A stretch of 64,000 nucleotides of DNA from a candidate division FCPU426 bacterium (GTDB lineage: Bacteria; Oederibacteriota; JAAXVQ01; JAUVAV01): the NCBI GenBank assembly GCA_040756875.1, contig JBFLYH010000001.1, forward strand, positions 352,001 to 416,000. The letters are read 5' to 3'. This document shows, piece by piece, positions 1 through 8,659 of this stretch; position 1 is the first letter of the stretch, and each line of letters begins with the position of its first letter. The notes beneath the pieces were generated by a model. That model saw nothing but the letters and a program-made list of their open reading frames with translations, ran no database searches and was not told the DNA's origin. The translations under genes and the position numbers were made by a program.

Positions 1-387
1 GTATCCCTCGGTTTTCATCAGGCTGCCGGCAATGGCCAGGCCGTAAACCAGCCCCGAACAGGCGGCATTGACGTCGAACGCGGCCAGATGGGTCCAATTC
101 ATGCGCCGGGCGATGATGCTGGCCTGGTAAGGGCAGGCGGTTTCGCTGGTTTCGCACGAGGCGAGCAGAAGGTCCGGGACAATGTCCAGGCCGGATAGGC
201 AGTTTTGCGCCGCTGCGACCGCCAGGTCGGAAGCATGCATGCCTGCTGGCGCGATCCGCCGTTCCCGGATTCCGGTGCGTTGCCAGATCCATTCATCGGT
301 GGTGTCGACCATCTTCTCCAGATCCTGATTAGTGAGCTTTTGTTCGGGCACGAAGGAACCGCTGGCGCGCAATCCGATGCGAGTCAT
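1..387 (-). CDS. fabH: 3-oxoacyl-ACP synthase III, N-terminal part (runs off window start)
   Basis: Own translation from ATG at 387: MTRIGLRASGSFVPEQKLTNQDLEKMVDTTDEWIWQRTGIRERRIA..., later AFDVNAACSGLVYGL containing the catalytic Cys. ATGA overlap with the fapR stop. Confidence 0.93.
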   Translation of the reverse strand, partial: MTRIGLRASGSFVPEQKLTNQDLEKMVDTTDEWIWQRTGIRERRIAPAGMHASDLAVAAAQNCLSGLDIVPDLLLASCETSETACPYQASIIARRMNWTHLAAFDVNAACSGLVYGLAIAGSLMKTEGY

Positions 388-980
388 TTTCCCTCCGGAT
401 GGTCGTGAATGATTTGCAAATGCGCGGCCGCTTCGTGGGTGAGGCAAATGATGGTGAAAGTGCCGTGAAAGACCAGGTCTTTATGGGACTTCAGTATGAC
501 TTCCACCACGCGCTTCCGCTTGCTGGAGCTTATGACTCTGGCTTTAGCCAGGAGGCGGTCTCCTGCATGCGCCGGGGCGATGTATTCGATCTTGGCTTCG
601 GAGGTAAGGGTGATTTCCGCGTCGATGATGGCATTGGCGATGGTATTCGCCTGGGCAAAAAGAATGTGGCCGCGAATAATCTTGGTTTTCGCCAGGCTCA
701 TGGCTTCAGTGGTCTCCAGCAGGGAAAGCCCTTCTTTGTCCGGTTCGATTTCCAGGATTTCACCGACGATTTCCTGATGAGACAGGGGCCGGGCCTGGGC
801 GAAAAGGCTGTGGCCTCGCTTCCTGACTTCAGGAATCCCGATTTTACGCCGGTCCGAACGCACGGTATGAATGCTGACCTCCAGCAGGGAAGCGAGATCA
901 TCGTCAGAGATAAAGGGATTTTTATCTATTTCCGCCTTGATCCGATTATGCCTTTCGAGCGGGATGTTTTTGTCCGGCAT
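384..980 (-). CDS. fapR: FapR-like fatty-acid synthesis repressor (HTH + hot-dog fold)
   Basis: NPFISDDDLASLLEVSIHTVRSDRRKIGIPEVRKR and IIRGHILFAQAN match FapR motifs. Translationally coupled to fabH. AGGAGG RBS. Confidence 0.88.
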   Translation of the reverse strand: MPDKNIPLERHNRIKAEIDKNPFISDDDLASLLEVSIHTVRSDRRKIGIPEVRKRGHSLFAQARPLSHQEIVGEILEIEPDKEGLSLLETTEAMSLAKTKIIRGHILFAQANTIANAIIDAEITLTSEAKIEYIAPAHAGDRLLAKARVISSSKRKRVVEVILKSHKDLVFHGTFTIICLTHEAAAHLQIIHDHPEGK

Positions 981-1194
981 GAAACCTCCTGATATAAGTA
1001 AGTGATATCAACAGGTAGAAGAATACAGGGTGATAAAGCTTCTGTCCAGATAATAAAACCACGGTGGCCGGGATCTGGGTAGCTTACGCGAGAATAGTAT
1101 AGAACAAAATAATGCATATATTTGATAGACACAGAGGGAGTCACGCGAATGTCTATTTGGAGATAGGGGAGCATACCTTATGAATGGGTTCTGA

Positions 1195-1280
1195 TTCTCG
1201 CCCAGCCCATAAGATAGTAATCATTAAAATAAAATACCCAGGCGCTTTGGCCTGGGTATTTTATTTTAATGGCTCCCCGG
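1195..1280. repeat. Diverged direct repeat of 2619-2702: hairpin plus tRNA 3'-end remnant
   Basis: ttctcgcccagcc, then a 21-bp inverted repeat cattaaaataaaatacccagg/cctgggtattttattttaatg (1222-1271), then tggctccccgg (1270-1280). Confidence 0.85.
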
Positions 1281-1395
1281 AGATGAGGGCGTCTTTAGTT
1301 TACCAACTTTAATATGTAGCCCAATTGTTCAAATGACTAAATACCGTAAGGGAAACTGGTCATTTGAACAACGTCCCAGTTTGCTATTCTATGTA

Positions 1396-2115
1396 TCAGA
1401 AAATTCCCGGAATCAACCTATAACGCACTTGTCTGGCATAATCCCGATACCCCGGTAACTCATCCTGTAGAGTCCTGTCTTCCAATATGGTTCTGGGCAC
1501 CATGATAATCATTGCCGCCGCCGCTGGAATTAATGTCCATACAGAATCCAATGCCAACACAATACCGAACAAAGGTATGATATTCCCGGCATAACCCGGA
1601 TGCCGCACAATCCGGTATGGACCGCTTTTACATACTGTATGCCCTCGATCCGTTTGGATGCGCACCAGAGTAGAGAAAAAACGGTTTTCCGCCATTGCCC
1701 AGATAGCAATAATATATCCGGTTACAATAAATAGAAAACCAATAAGGTTTAACCATATCGGGAACACAGGGGACCACTTAAAGCGATGATCAAGCCCTGC
1801 AACAATAACCAGCGGAAAGGACAGGCTTATTCCCATCAGTAGGGCAAGTGTTTTATCCCATGACTTCACATCTTTATTATTTCCGAAATTGGCTCGTTCT
1901 GCCAGCAGCCCCGGATGCCGCCTTTCGGCAAAAATACGTCCCCCTATACTGATTACAAAAAACAGCAGCGAAAAGACCCACGCCTGCCACCAGGCAAAAT
2001 CGTTTCCGCAAACCAACAGAATTAACGGTATTAGGATATATGCCATTAGCAAACGAATCCATTGGCGGAGGGTCATTGATTCAACAGTCTTTTGATTAAC
2101 TGTTTCCAATCCCAT
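1396..2115 (-). CDS. Isoprenylcysteine carboxyl methyltransferase (ICMT/PEMT) family membrane protein
   Basis: Hydrophobic protein with ENRFFS..VRIQ..RGHTV..GPYRIVRHPGY and EDRTL..ELPGY..Y...VRYRLIPGIF motifs. GGAGG RBS. Confidence 0.88.
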   Translation of the reverse strand: MGLETVNQKTVESMTLRQWIRLLMAYILIPLILLVCGNDFAWWQAWVFSLLFFVISIGGRIFAERRHPGLLAERANFGNNKDVKSWDKTLALLMGISLSFPLVIVAGLDHRFKWSPVFPIWLNLIGFLFIVTGYIIAIWAMAENRFFSTLVRIQTDRGHTVCKSGPYRIVRHPGYAGNIIPLFGIVLALDSVWTLIPAAAAMIIMVPRTILEDRTLQDELPGYRDYARQVRYRLIPGIF

Positions 2116-2468
2116 GTTATTCCTCCGTGTATTTATTTATAAAATTCAATAACAATTAATGAATCTAAGAGCAAGGAAAATAACGGCGAAAAATATCAAC
2201 CATCGTAGTGGAATGGAGGACGTCCGTAAGGCAACAGGATAACGAATATCAATAATCGGGGCCGGAGTTAGATTGTTAGGTTACAGAGAAGAAACTTCCA
2301 ACCACCCCGCCAACAGGAAAGCTGGTCTTGAGGCTTGCAATAAAATCGTGCCAGCGCGACAAGCAGCTTGCGCTGGCGTAAACGCGTGCCGCTTGCCTGG
2401 CTCGAGTCCATTGCCATAGTATCATATAATAAAAGGCCCATCCCTTGCGGGACAGGCCTTTTATTATC

Positions 2469-2487
2469 TGGCTCCTCGGGCTGGGCT
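2469..2487 (-). repeat. Exact 19-nt copy of the tRNA-Asn 3' end (att-like)
   Basis: tggctcctcgggctgggct is identical to 2692-2710. It adjoins the hairpin ataataaaaggcc...ggccttttattat (~2426-2467). Confidence 0.85.
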
Positions 2488-2691
2488 GCGCCCCATCGGC
2501 CTAAAGGCCTCTCCATAGGGGCCGATGCCCCTCTGGTGGTCGTCCGCCTGGAGGAGAACTGGATGGACTCTCTGTCACCCCGATTTTTCGGAGGGTATCC
2601 CCTCCGAGCCTCCCTTGGTTCTCGCCCAGCCTGCACGATAATAGTCATTAATAAAAATACCCAGGCTTTTTGGCCTGGGTATTTTTATTAA

Positions 2692-2766
2692 TGGCTCCTC
2701 GGGCTGGGCTCGAACCAGCAACCTAGCGGTTAACAGCCGCTCGCTCCACCATTGAGCTACCGAGGA
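2692..2766 (-). tRNA. tRNA-Asn(GTT)
   Basis: Reverse complement TCCTCGGTAGCTCAATGGTGGAGCGAGCGGCTGTTAACCGCTAGGTTGCTGGTTCGAGCCCAGCCCGAGGAGCCA folds as a cloverleaf with GTT anticodon, GTTCGA T-loop and encoded CCA. Confidence 0.96.
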
Positions 2767-2812
2767 ATGGTGTTCGTACGTATTTAATTGTCGCTTTCAC
2801 AAACCGAAAGCG

Positions 2813-2992
2813 CGGGCTGGGCTCGCCCCAAAGCCCTTCGGGCTTTCCCTAGGGGGCAATGCCCCCTTAGGGCGCTCGCTAGAGCCTCGCTGTCACCCCC
2901 ATCACATGGGGGAGTGTCTCCCCCATCCCCCCACGCTAACGCTCCAACCTAGCGGTTAACAGCCGCTCGCTCCACCATTGAGCTACCGAGGA
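2813..2992 (-). pseudogene. Interrupted/truncated second tRNA-Asn copy
   Basis: 2945-2998 is identical to 2719-2772 (5' part of the tRNA) and 2813-2825 matches the 3' T-arm side. A ~120-bp GC hairpin-rich insert lies between them, and the 3' acceptor strand/CCA is absent. Confidence 0.75.
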
Positions 2993-3158
2993 ATGGTGGC
3001 AAATCAAGTGTTAAGAGTAGATTAATATAGTCTATTCCGGCAGTAAATCAAGAAAAAAATCCGTTGGAAAATGGGGCTGGTGCAAGGTTTTATGCATAAA
3101 ATATAAGAACTTGGTTATATAAAACGGGTTCCAAAGCTCTAGAAAGGGAGTGAGTGTT

Positions 3159-3749
3159 ATGGAAACGCTGATTACCCGGCAAGCGCCTGACTTTGAAGCG
3201 GAAGCAGTGATGCCTGACAATACATTTGGGAAGGTGAAACTTTCGGACTACCGCGGGAGGTATGTGGTCCTGTTTTTTTATCCGCTGGATTTTACCTTCG
3301 TCTGTCCGACTGAGATCATTGCTTTTGACGAGCAAAAGGAGGAATTTCGGAAACGTGGAGCGGAAATTGTGGGGGTTTCAGTTGATTCCGAATACACCCA
3401 TCTGGCCTGGAAAGAGAAACCGCACGAGGAAGGCGGCATCGGGCCAATCGGATATCCTTTGGTGTCGGATTTGGACAAGAAAATCACCCGTGCGTACGGG
3501 GTGTTGAACGAGGAGAAATTCGCCCTGCGCGCATGGTTTATTATTGATAAAAAGGGTGTCGTCAGGCATACTCTGGTGAATGATGCGGACGTGGGGCGCA
3601 ACACCCATGAGGCGCTGCGCACCTTGGATGCAATCATTTTTGCCGATGAAAACCAGGGAGTTTGCCCGGCCAATTGGCACCCTGGCGAGGACACTCTGGA
3701 ACCCAACCAGCAAAGCCTTGCGAAATATTTAACGGGCAAAAAAACCTAA
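3159..3749 (+). CDS. ahpC: 2-Cys peroxiredoxin (AhpC/Prx1)
   Basis: FYPLDFTFVCPTE and VCPANW motifs. ATG 3159 preferred by RBS position. Confidence 0.95.
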   Translation: METLITRQAPDFEAEAVMPDNTFGKVKLSDYRGRYVVLFFYPLDFTFVCPTEIIAFDEQKEEFRKRGAEIVGVSVDSEYTHLAWKEKPHEEGGIGPIGYPLVSDLDKKITRAYGVLNEEKFALRAWFIIDKKGVVRHTLVNDADVGRNTHEALRTLDAIIFADENQGVCPANWHPGEDTLEPNQQSLAKYLTGKKT

Positions 3750-3770
3750 AAACAAGGGAGGATCGCAGGT

Positions 3771-4259
3771 ATGTTAAATGAAAAAATGCAGAATGAATTT
3801 AATCAAAGAGTCAACGACGAGCTTTATGCTTGGTATTTATACCTTTCCATGGCGGCGTATTTTGAGGCGGAAAATCTGCAGGGGTTTGCCACGTGGATGC
3901 GCAAGCAGGCGGCGGAGGAAATGACGCACGCCATGAAAAATTTCAACTACGTGCTTGAACGCCAGGGCAAGGTGACGTTGAAACCTCTGCGCGAAGTGCC
4001 TGCGACTTTTGCTTCGCCGCTGGCGGCTTTCGAAGAAGCCTTGAAGCACGAGCAGAAAGTCACGGCTATTTACAATAAATTTATTGAAATGGCCCGCGAA
4101 GAGAAGGACCACGCGGCCGAAGTTTTTCTCCAGTGGTTCGTCAATGAGCAGGTGGAGGAAGAAGCCCAGACCAGCCAGGTAGTGGAAATCCTCAAGAAAA
4201 TCAAGGATTCCATCGGCGGGTTGTATCAGCTGGACCATCGGCTGGGCAAGCGCGAATAA
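3771..4259 (+). CDS. ftn: Non-heme ferritin
   Basis: YLSMAAYF, EEMTHA and FLQWFVNEQVEEE ferroxidase motifs. Confidence 0.95.
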   Translation: MLNEKMQNEFNQRVNDELYAWYLYLSMAAYFEAENLQGFATWMRKQAAEEMTHAMKNFNYVLERQGKVTLKPLREVPATFASPLAAFEEALKHEQKVTAIYNKFIEMAREEKDHAAEVFLQWFVNEQVEEEAQTSQVVEILKKIKDSIGGLYQLDHRLGKRE

Positions 4260-4275
4260 TAGTGGCGTTTTTTAG

Positions 4276-4306
4276 GGGCGGTCGAAATGCTTCGGCCGCC
4301 CTTTTT
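4276..4306 (+). terminator. Probable intrinsic terminator after ferritin
   Basis: gggcggtcgaa-atgc-ttcggccgccc stem followed by ttttt. Confidence 0.75.
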
Positions 4307-4366
4307 ATATTTGCGACAATGGCATATAATACCTCAACAGCCTAAGTATTACGGGGTGAGCCGCGG

Positions 4367-6208
4367 TTGGAAATCGGGCCCTGTTTTTCTAACGACGGAC
4401 AGTGCATGTTCACAGTCTGGGCTCCCCGCGCCCAGCAGGTGGATTTGCTCTTGTTCGGCCCCCCGGACCAGATCCTCCCCATGCAGCCTTTGCGGCAGGG
4501 ATACTGGCGCAAAACCGTCCCAACTGCCGCGGATGGCCAAAAATACGCGTTTCGCTTGAACGGCCGCGTGCAACGCGCGGACCCCGTTTCGCACGCCCAG
4601 CCCGAGGGCGTTCACGGCCCTTCCCAAATCATCGATCACCGGCAATTTTCCTGGCAAGACCAGGCTTGGCGCGGCCTGCCGCCGGAGGCTTACGTTATTT
4701 ATGAACTCCACGTGGGCACTTTTTCCAATGGTGGGCGTTTTAGGGACATTATTGGGCGCCTCGACGACTTGGTCGAACTGGGCGTGACAGCGCTGGAAAT
4801 CATGCCCGTGGCGGCTTTCCCGGGCGCGAGAAACTGGGGATATGACGGTGTTTTTCCGTTCGCGGTTCAACAAACTTACGGCGGCCCGAACGGGTTCAAG
4901 GCGCTGGTGGATGCCTGCCACCGTCGCGGATTGGCGGTTGTGCTGGACGTGGTTTACAACCACCTGGGGCCGGAAGGGAACTCTCTGGCGGAATTCGGGC
5001 CGTATTTTTCGGGCCGCTACCAGACGCCGTGGGGCGAGGCCGTCAATTTCGACGGCCCGGACAGCGACGACGTGCGGAATTATTTCATCGCCAACGCTTT
5101 GCATTGGTTCGACTGCTATCATGTGGACGCCCTGCGTTTGGACGCCATCCAGACGATATACGACCGCAGCGCCTCGCCGTTTCTGGCTGAACTCTCCGAA
5201 GCGACCGAGGAATATTCCCGCCGCGACGGCCGCCGCCGTTATCTGATCGCCGAGAGCGATTTAAACGACGAGCGTGTCGTTCAAACCCGTTCGGCCCGCG
5301 GCCTGGGATTGGACGCCAATTGGTGCGATGATTTGCATCATGCTGTCCACGCCTTTTTAACCGGCGAACGACAAGGGTATTACCAGGATTACGGGGACTG
5401 GGCGCAGGTGGTCAAAGCCCTGCGGGACGGGTTCGTGTACGGCGGCGAATTCTCACGCTATCGGGGCCGTCGGTATGGCAATTTCACCCCCCAGATACCG
5501 CCCCGGCGCCTGGTAGTCTCCACCCAAAACCACGATTTGGCGGGCAACCGCCTGCTGGGGGAAAGAACTTCCCGCCTGTTGCCGTTCGGCGCCTTGAAGT
5601 TATTCGCCGCCACGGTCATACTTTCCCCGTATTTGCCGTTGCTATTCATGGGCGAGGAATACGGCGAGACCGCGCCTTTCCTGTACTTCACCGATCACGG
5701 AGACCCGGATCTGTCCGAAGCCGTCCGCCGCGGCCGCCAGGATGAATTCGAGCGTTTTGCCTGGCAGGGCCAACCGCCTGATCCGGGAGCGTTGGAGACT
5801 TTCGAACGCTCCCGCCTGCGTTGGGACCAAAGAAAACAGGGGCAGCACGCGCAGCTGCTGGTGTTTTACCGGCAATTGCTGTCGCTGCGCAGGAATGTGC
5901 CGGCCTTATGCCTGCCCGGCAAAACCGGCTACCAGGTGAAGGACTGGGAATCCGAACGCGTCATTACCTGGCAGCGGCAGTTGGGCGAATCCGGCGTTTG
6001 GGCCTGCCTGGGATTCAACGCCGAGCCGGTCTCGTGGATGCCGGAATGGCCGGAAGGCGCCTGGCGAAAAATCCTGGATGCCGATGATCAGGCTTTCGGG
6101 GGGAATGGATCGCATTTTCCGGAACTGCTGCCGCTGCGCCGGGAGGCGCGTGACAAACTCAGGTTGCTGCCGTATACTGTGGCGGTATATCTCAAGGAGC
6201 CGGGTTGA
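4367..6208 (+). CDS. treZ: Malto-oligosyltrehalose trehalohydrolase (GH13)
   Basis: VWAP, YELHVGTF, RNWGYDGV, DVVYNHLGPEGN, LRLDA, QNHD and LFMGEE motifs. Confidence 0.93.
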   Translation: MEIGPCFSNDGQCMFTVWAPRAQQVDLLLFGPPDQILPMQPLRQGYWRKTVPTAADGQKYAFRLNGRVQRADPVSHAQPEGVHGPSQIIDHRQFSWQDQAWRGLPPEAYVIYELHVGTFSNGGRFRDIIGRLDDLVELGVTALEIMPVAAFPGARNWGYDGVFPFAVQQTYGGPNGFKALVDACHRRGLAVVLDVVYNHLGPEGNSLAEFGPYFSGRYQTPWGEAVNFDGPDSDDVRNYFIANALHWFDCYHVDALRLDAIQTIYDRSASPFLAELSEATEEYSRRDGRRRYLIAESDLNDERVVQTRSARGLGLDANWCDDLHHAVHAFLTGERQGYYQDYGDWAQVVKALRDGFVYGGEFSRYRGRRYGNFTPQIPPRRLVVSTQNHDLAGNRLLGERTSRLLPFGALKLFAATVILSPYLPLLFMGEEYGETAPFLYFTDHGDPDLSEAVRRGRQDEFERFAWQGQPPDPGALETFERSRLRWDQRKQGQHAQLLVFYRQLLSLRRNVPALCLPGKTGYQVKDWESERVITWQRQLGESGVWACLGFNAEPVSWMPEWPEGAWRKILDADDQAFGGNGSHFPELLPLRREARDKLRLLPYTVAVYLKEPG

Positions 6209-6209
6209 T

Positions 6210-8657
6210 ATGGAAAGATTCATTTGCCTGCACGGACATTTCTACCAGCCACCCCGGGAAAATCCCTGGCTGGAAGAGATCGAAATGCAGGACACCGCCT
6301 ATCCCTACCATGATTGGAACGAGCGCATCAGCGCCGAATGTTATGCTCCCAACGCGGCGGCGCGCATTTTGGGGCCCAAGGACCGGATCGCGGAGATCGT
6401 CAACAATTATTCCCGCATCAGCTTCAATTTCGGCCCCACCCTGCTGTCCTGGATGGAAAAAAAGCAACCGGAAGTCTATCAATCCATCCTGAAAGCGGAC
6501 CGTCTCAGCCAGGAGCAGTTTTCCGGCCACGGGTCAGCACTGGCGCAGGTGTACAACCATCTGATCATGCCCCTCGCCACACGGCAGGACAAAGAGACCC
6601 AGGTCATTTGGGGATTGAAGGACTTCCAGGCCCGTTTTGGCCGGCCGGCGGAAGGGATGTGGCTTTCGGAAACGGCCGTGGATCTGGAGACCCTGGAGAT
6701 TCTGGCCGCCCATCAGGTCCGTTTCACGATTCTGGCCGCCCATCAGGCCAAGCAGGTGCGGAAAATCGGCGAGAAAAAGTGGAAGGATGTCAGCCATTCC
6801 AAAATCGATCCCCGCATGCCGTATTGGTGCAACCTGCCTTCCGGCCAGCGGATTGCGCTGTTTTTTTACGATGGACCGGTGGCGAACGACGTGGCGTTCG
6901 GCCCGTTGCTGAAGAACGGGGAACAGTTCGCCCAGCGCCTCATGGGCCTGTTCAGCGACAGCGGCGGTCCGGACGCCCAACTGGTGAATGTCGCGACCGA
7001 TGGCGAGACCTACGGGCACCATCACCGCTACGGCGACATGGCGCTGGCCTATTGCCTGCATTACATCGAGTCGAGGAATCTGGCCCGCATCACGATTTAC
7101 GGTGAACATCTGGAGAAACATCCGCCCACCTACGAAGTGGAGGTGTTCGAGAAGACATCCTGGAGTTGTTTTCACGGCGTCGAGCGCTGGCGCAACGATT
7201 GCGGATGCAACTCCGGCCTGAACCCGGGGTTCCAGCAAAAGTGGCGCGAGCCGCTTCGTACGGCCTTGGACGAACTTCGCGACGACCTGGCCTATATCTA
7301 CGAACGCACGCTGGCGCCGCTCCTGCCCGAACCCTGGCAGGCCCGCAACGATTACATCGACATCATTCTGGACCGCCGCGAGGAGCGCATCGATCGTTTT
7401 CTGGCCGAACACGCCACCCGCCCGCTGGAATACGGAGAAAAAGTCCTGGCGCTGAAGCTGCTGGAAATGGAACGCCACAGCTTGCTGATGTACACTAGCT
7501 GCGGCTGGTTTTTCGACGAGATTTCAGGCATCGAAACCCTGCAGGTGCTGCAGTATGCCGCGCGGGCCATGCAACTGGCGAAGGAAGTGGCCGGCGTGGA
7601 CCTGGAAACGGCGTTTCTCGAGCATCTCCGCCGGGCGCCCAGCAATATCGCCAAGTTACAGGACGGAGTCGGTGTCTGGAAAAAATACATCGAGCCGGCG
7701 GTGACGGACCTGTACAAAGTCAGCGCCCATTACGCCGTAGCCTTGTTGTTTGAAAACCATCACCGCACGGCCGCGGAGATTTACTGCTACACGGCCGGCT
7801 GGGAGATCTACGACCGCGTGGCCCAAGGAGAGCAAAAACTCCTGACCGGCAGGCTGCAGGTCCGCTCGAATATCACCTGGGAATCCAAAGCAGTGGTCTT
7901 CGCCCTGTTGCACATCGGCGACCACAATTTGGTGGTCGGCTTGGGGGAGGACCGCGACAATAAGTCTTTTCATGAGGTCTGTCAGGCGTTGCTGGAGCCT
8001 TTCGGCCGCGACGATATTCCCGAGGTGATCCGGCTTTTCGACCATCTGTTCGACGGGCGCAATTACTCGCTGCGGCATCTGTTCAAGGACGAGCAGCGCA
8101 AGATCCTGAACCTGATCATGCGTACGGCCTTGGGCGAGGCGGAAACCTATTACCGCGCGATCTACCAGCATCACTACGCCATCATCCAGCTGCTGGATAA
8201 AATGAACCTGCCTTTGCCCAAGATATTGTCCACCACTATCGAGTTCATCCTGAATACCGACATCACCCGCCTGTTGGAAGAGGAGACGGTGGATATCGGG
8301 CAGCTTCGCCCGCTGGTGGAAGAAATGAAAAGATGGAATTTCAAGCGCGACCAGAAGACCCTGGGATACGTGGCCTCCCAGGCCGTGACCCGCCTGCTGG
8401 CGCGCTTGGCCCAGCAACCCATGGACATCTCGCTGTTGGAGGAAGCCCAGGAAATCCTGGGGATCCTGCGTTCACTGGAATTGGAATTGAATCTGTGGCA
8501 AGCCCAGAACCTTTACCACAGCATCCACAGGGATAAGCATGCCGCCTTTGAGCAGCGCGCCCGCGGCGGCGATGAACAGGCCAAGCAGTGGTTGGATTTA
8601 TTCCGTAACCTGGGAACGGTGTTGCGCCTGGAGAGCGGCGAGGAGTCCGGCAACTGA
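6210..8657 (+). CDS. GH57-family glycoside hydrolase with DUF3536-type C-terminus
   Basis: HGHFYQPPRENPW, GMWLSETA, ATDGETYGHH and MYTSCGWFFDE motifs. ATG 6210 lies directly after the treZ stop. Confidence 0.9.
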   Translation: MERFICLHGHFYQPPRENPWLEEIEMQDTAYPYHDWNERISAECYAPNAAARILGPKDRIAEIVNNYSRISFNFGPTLLSWMEKKQPEVYQSILKADRLSQEQFSGHGSALAQVYNHLIMPLATRQDKETQVIWGLKDFQARFGRPAEGMWLSETAVDLETLEILAAHQVRFTILAAHQAKQVRKIGEKKWKDVSHSKIDPRMPYWCNLPSGQRIALFFYDGPVANDVAFGPLLKNGEQFAQRLMGLFSDSGGPDAQLVNVATDGETYGHHHRYGDMALAYCLHYIESRNLARITIYGEHLEKHPPTYEVEVFEKTSWSCFHGVERWRNDCGCNSGLNPGFQQKWREPLRTALDELRDDLAYIYERTLAPLLPEPWQARNDYIDIILDRREERIDRFLAEHATRPLEYGEKVLALKLLEMERHSLLMYTSCGWFFDEISGIETLQVLQYAARAMQLAKEVAGVDLETAFLEHLRRAPSNIAKLQDGVGVWKKYIEPAVTDLYKVSAHYAVALLFENHHRTAAEIYCYTAGWEIYDRVAQGEQKLLTGRLQVRSNITWESKAVVFALLHIGDHNLVVGLGEDRDNKSFHEVCQALLEPFGRDDIPEVIRLFDHLFDGRNYSLRHLFKDEQRKILNLIMRTALGEAETYYRAIYQHHYAIIQLLDKMNLPLPKILSTTIEFILNTDITRLLEEETVDIGQLRPLVEEMKRWNFKRDQKTLGYVASQAVTRLLARLAQQPMDISLLEEAQEILGILRSLELELNLWQAQNLYHSIHRDKHAAFEQRARGGDEQAKQWLDLFRNLGTVLRLESGEESGN

Positions 8658-8659
8658 CA

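Noticed and set aside
2268-2691. ORFs 2268-2648 (-) and 2368-2691 (+)
   Set aside because: They overlap hairpins and tRNA fragments and show no protein-like features.
2813-2992. Intron-containing functional tRNA-Asn
   Set aside because: The 3' acceptor strand/CCA and part of the T-arm are missing. The insert is not in the anticodon loop and shows no recognisable group I core.
4367-8657. treZ without an adjacent treY as a novel pathway
   Set aside because: treZ/GH57 neighbourhoods are common, and treY may lie elsewhere in the genome.
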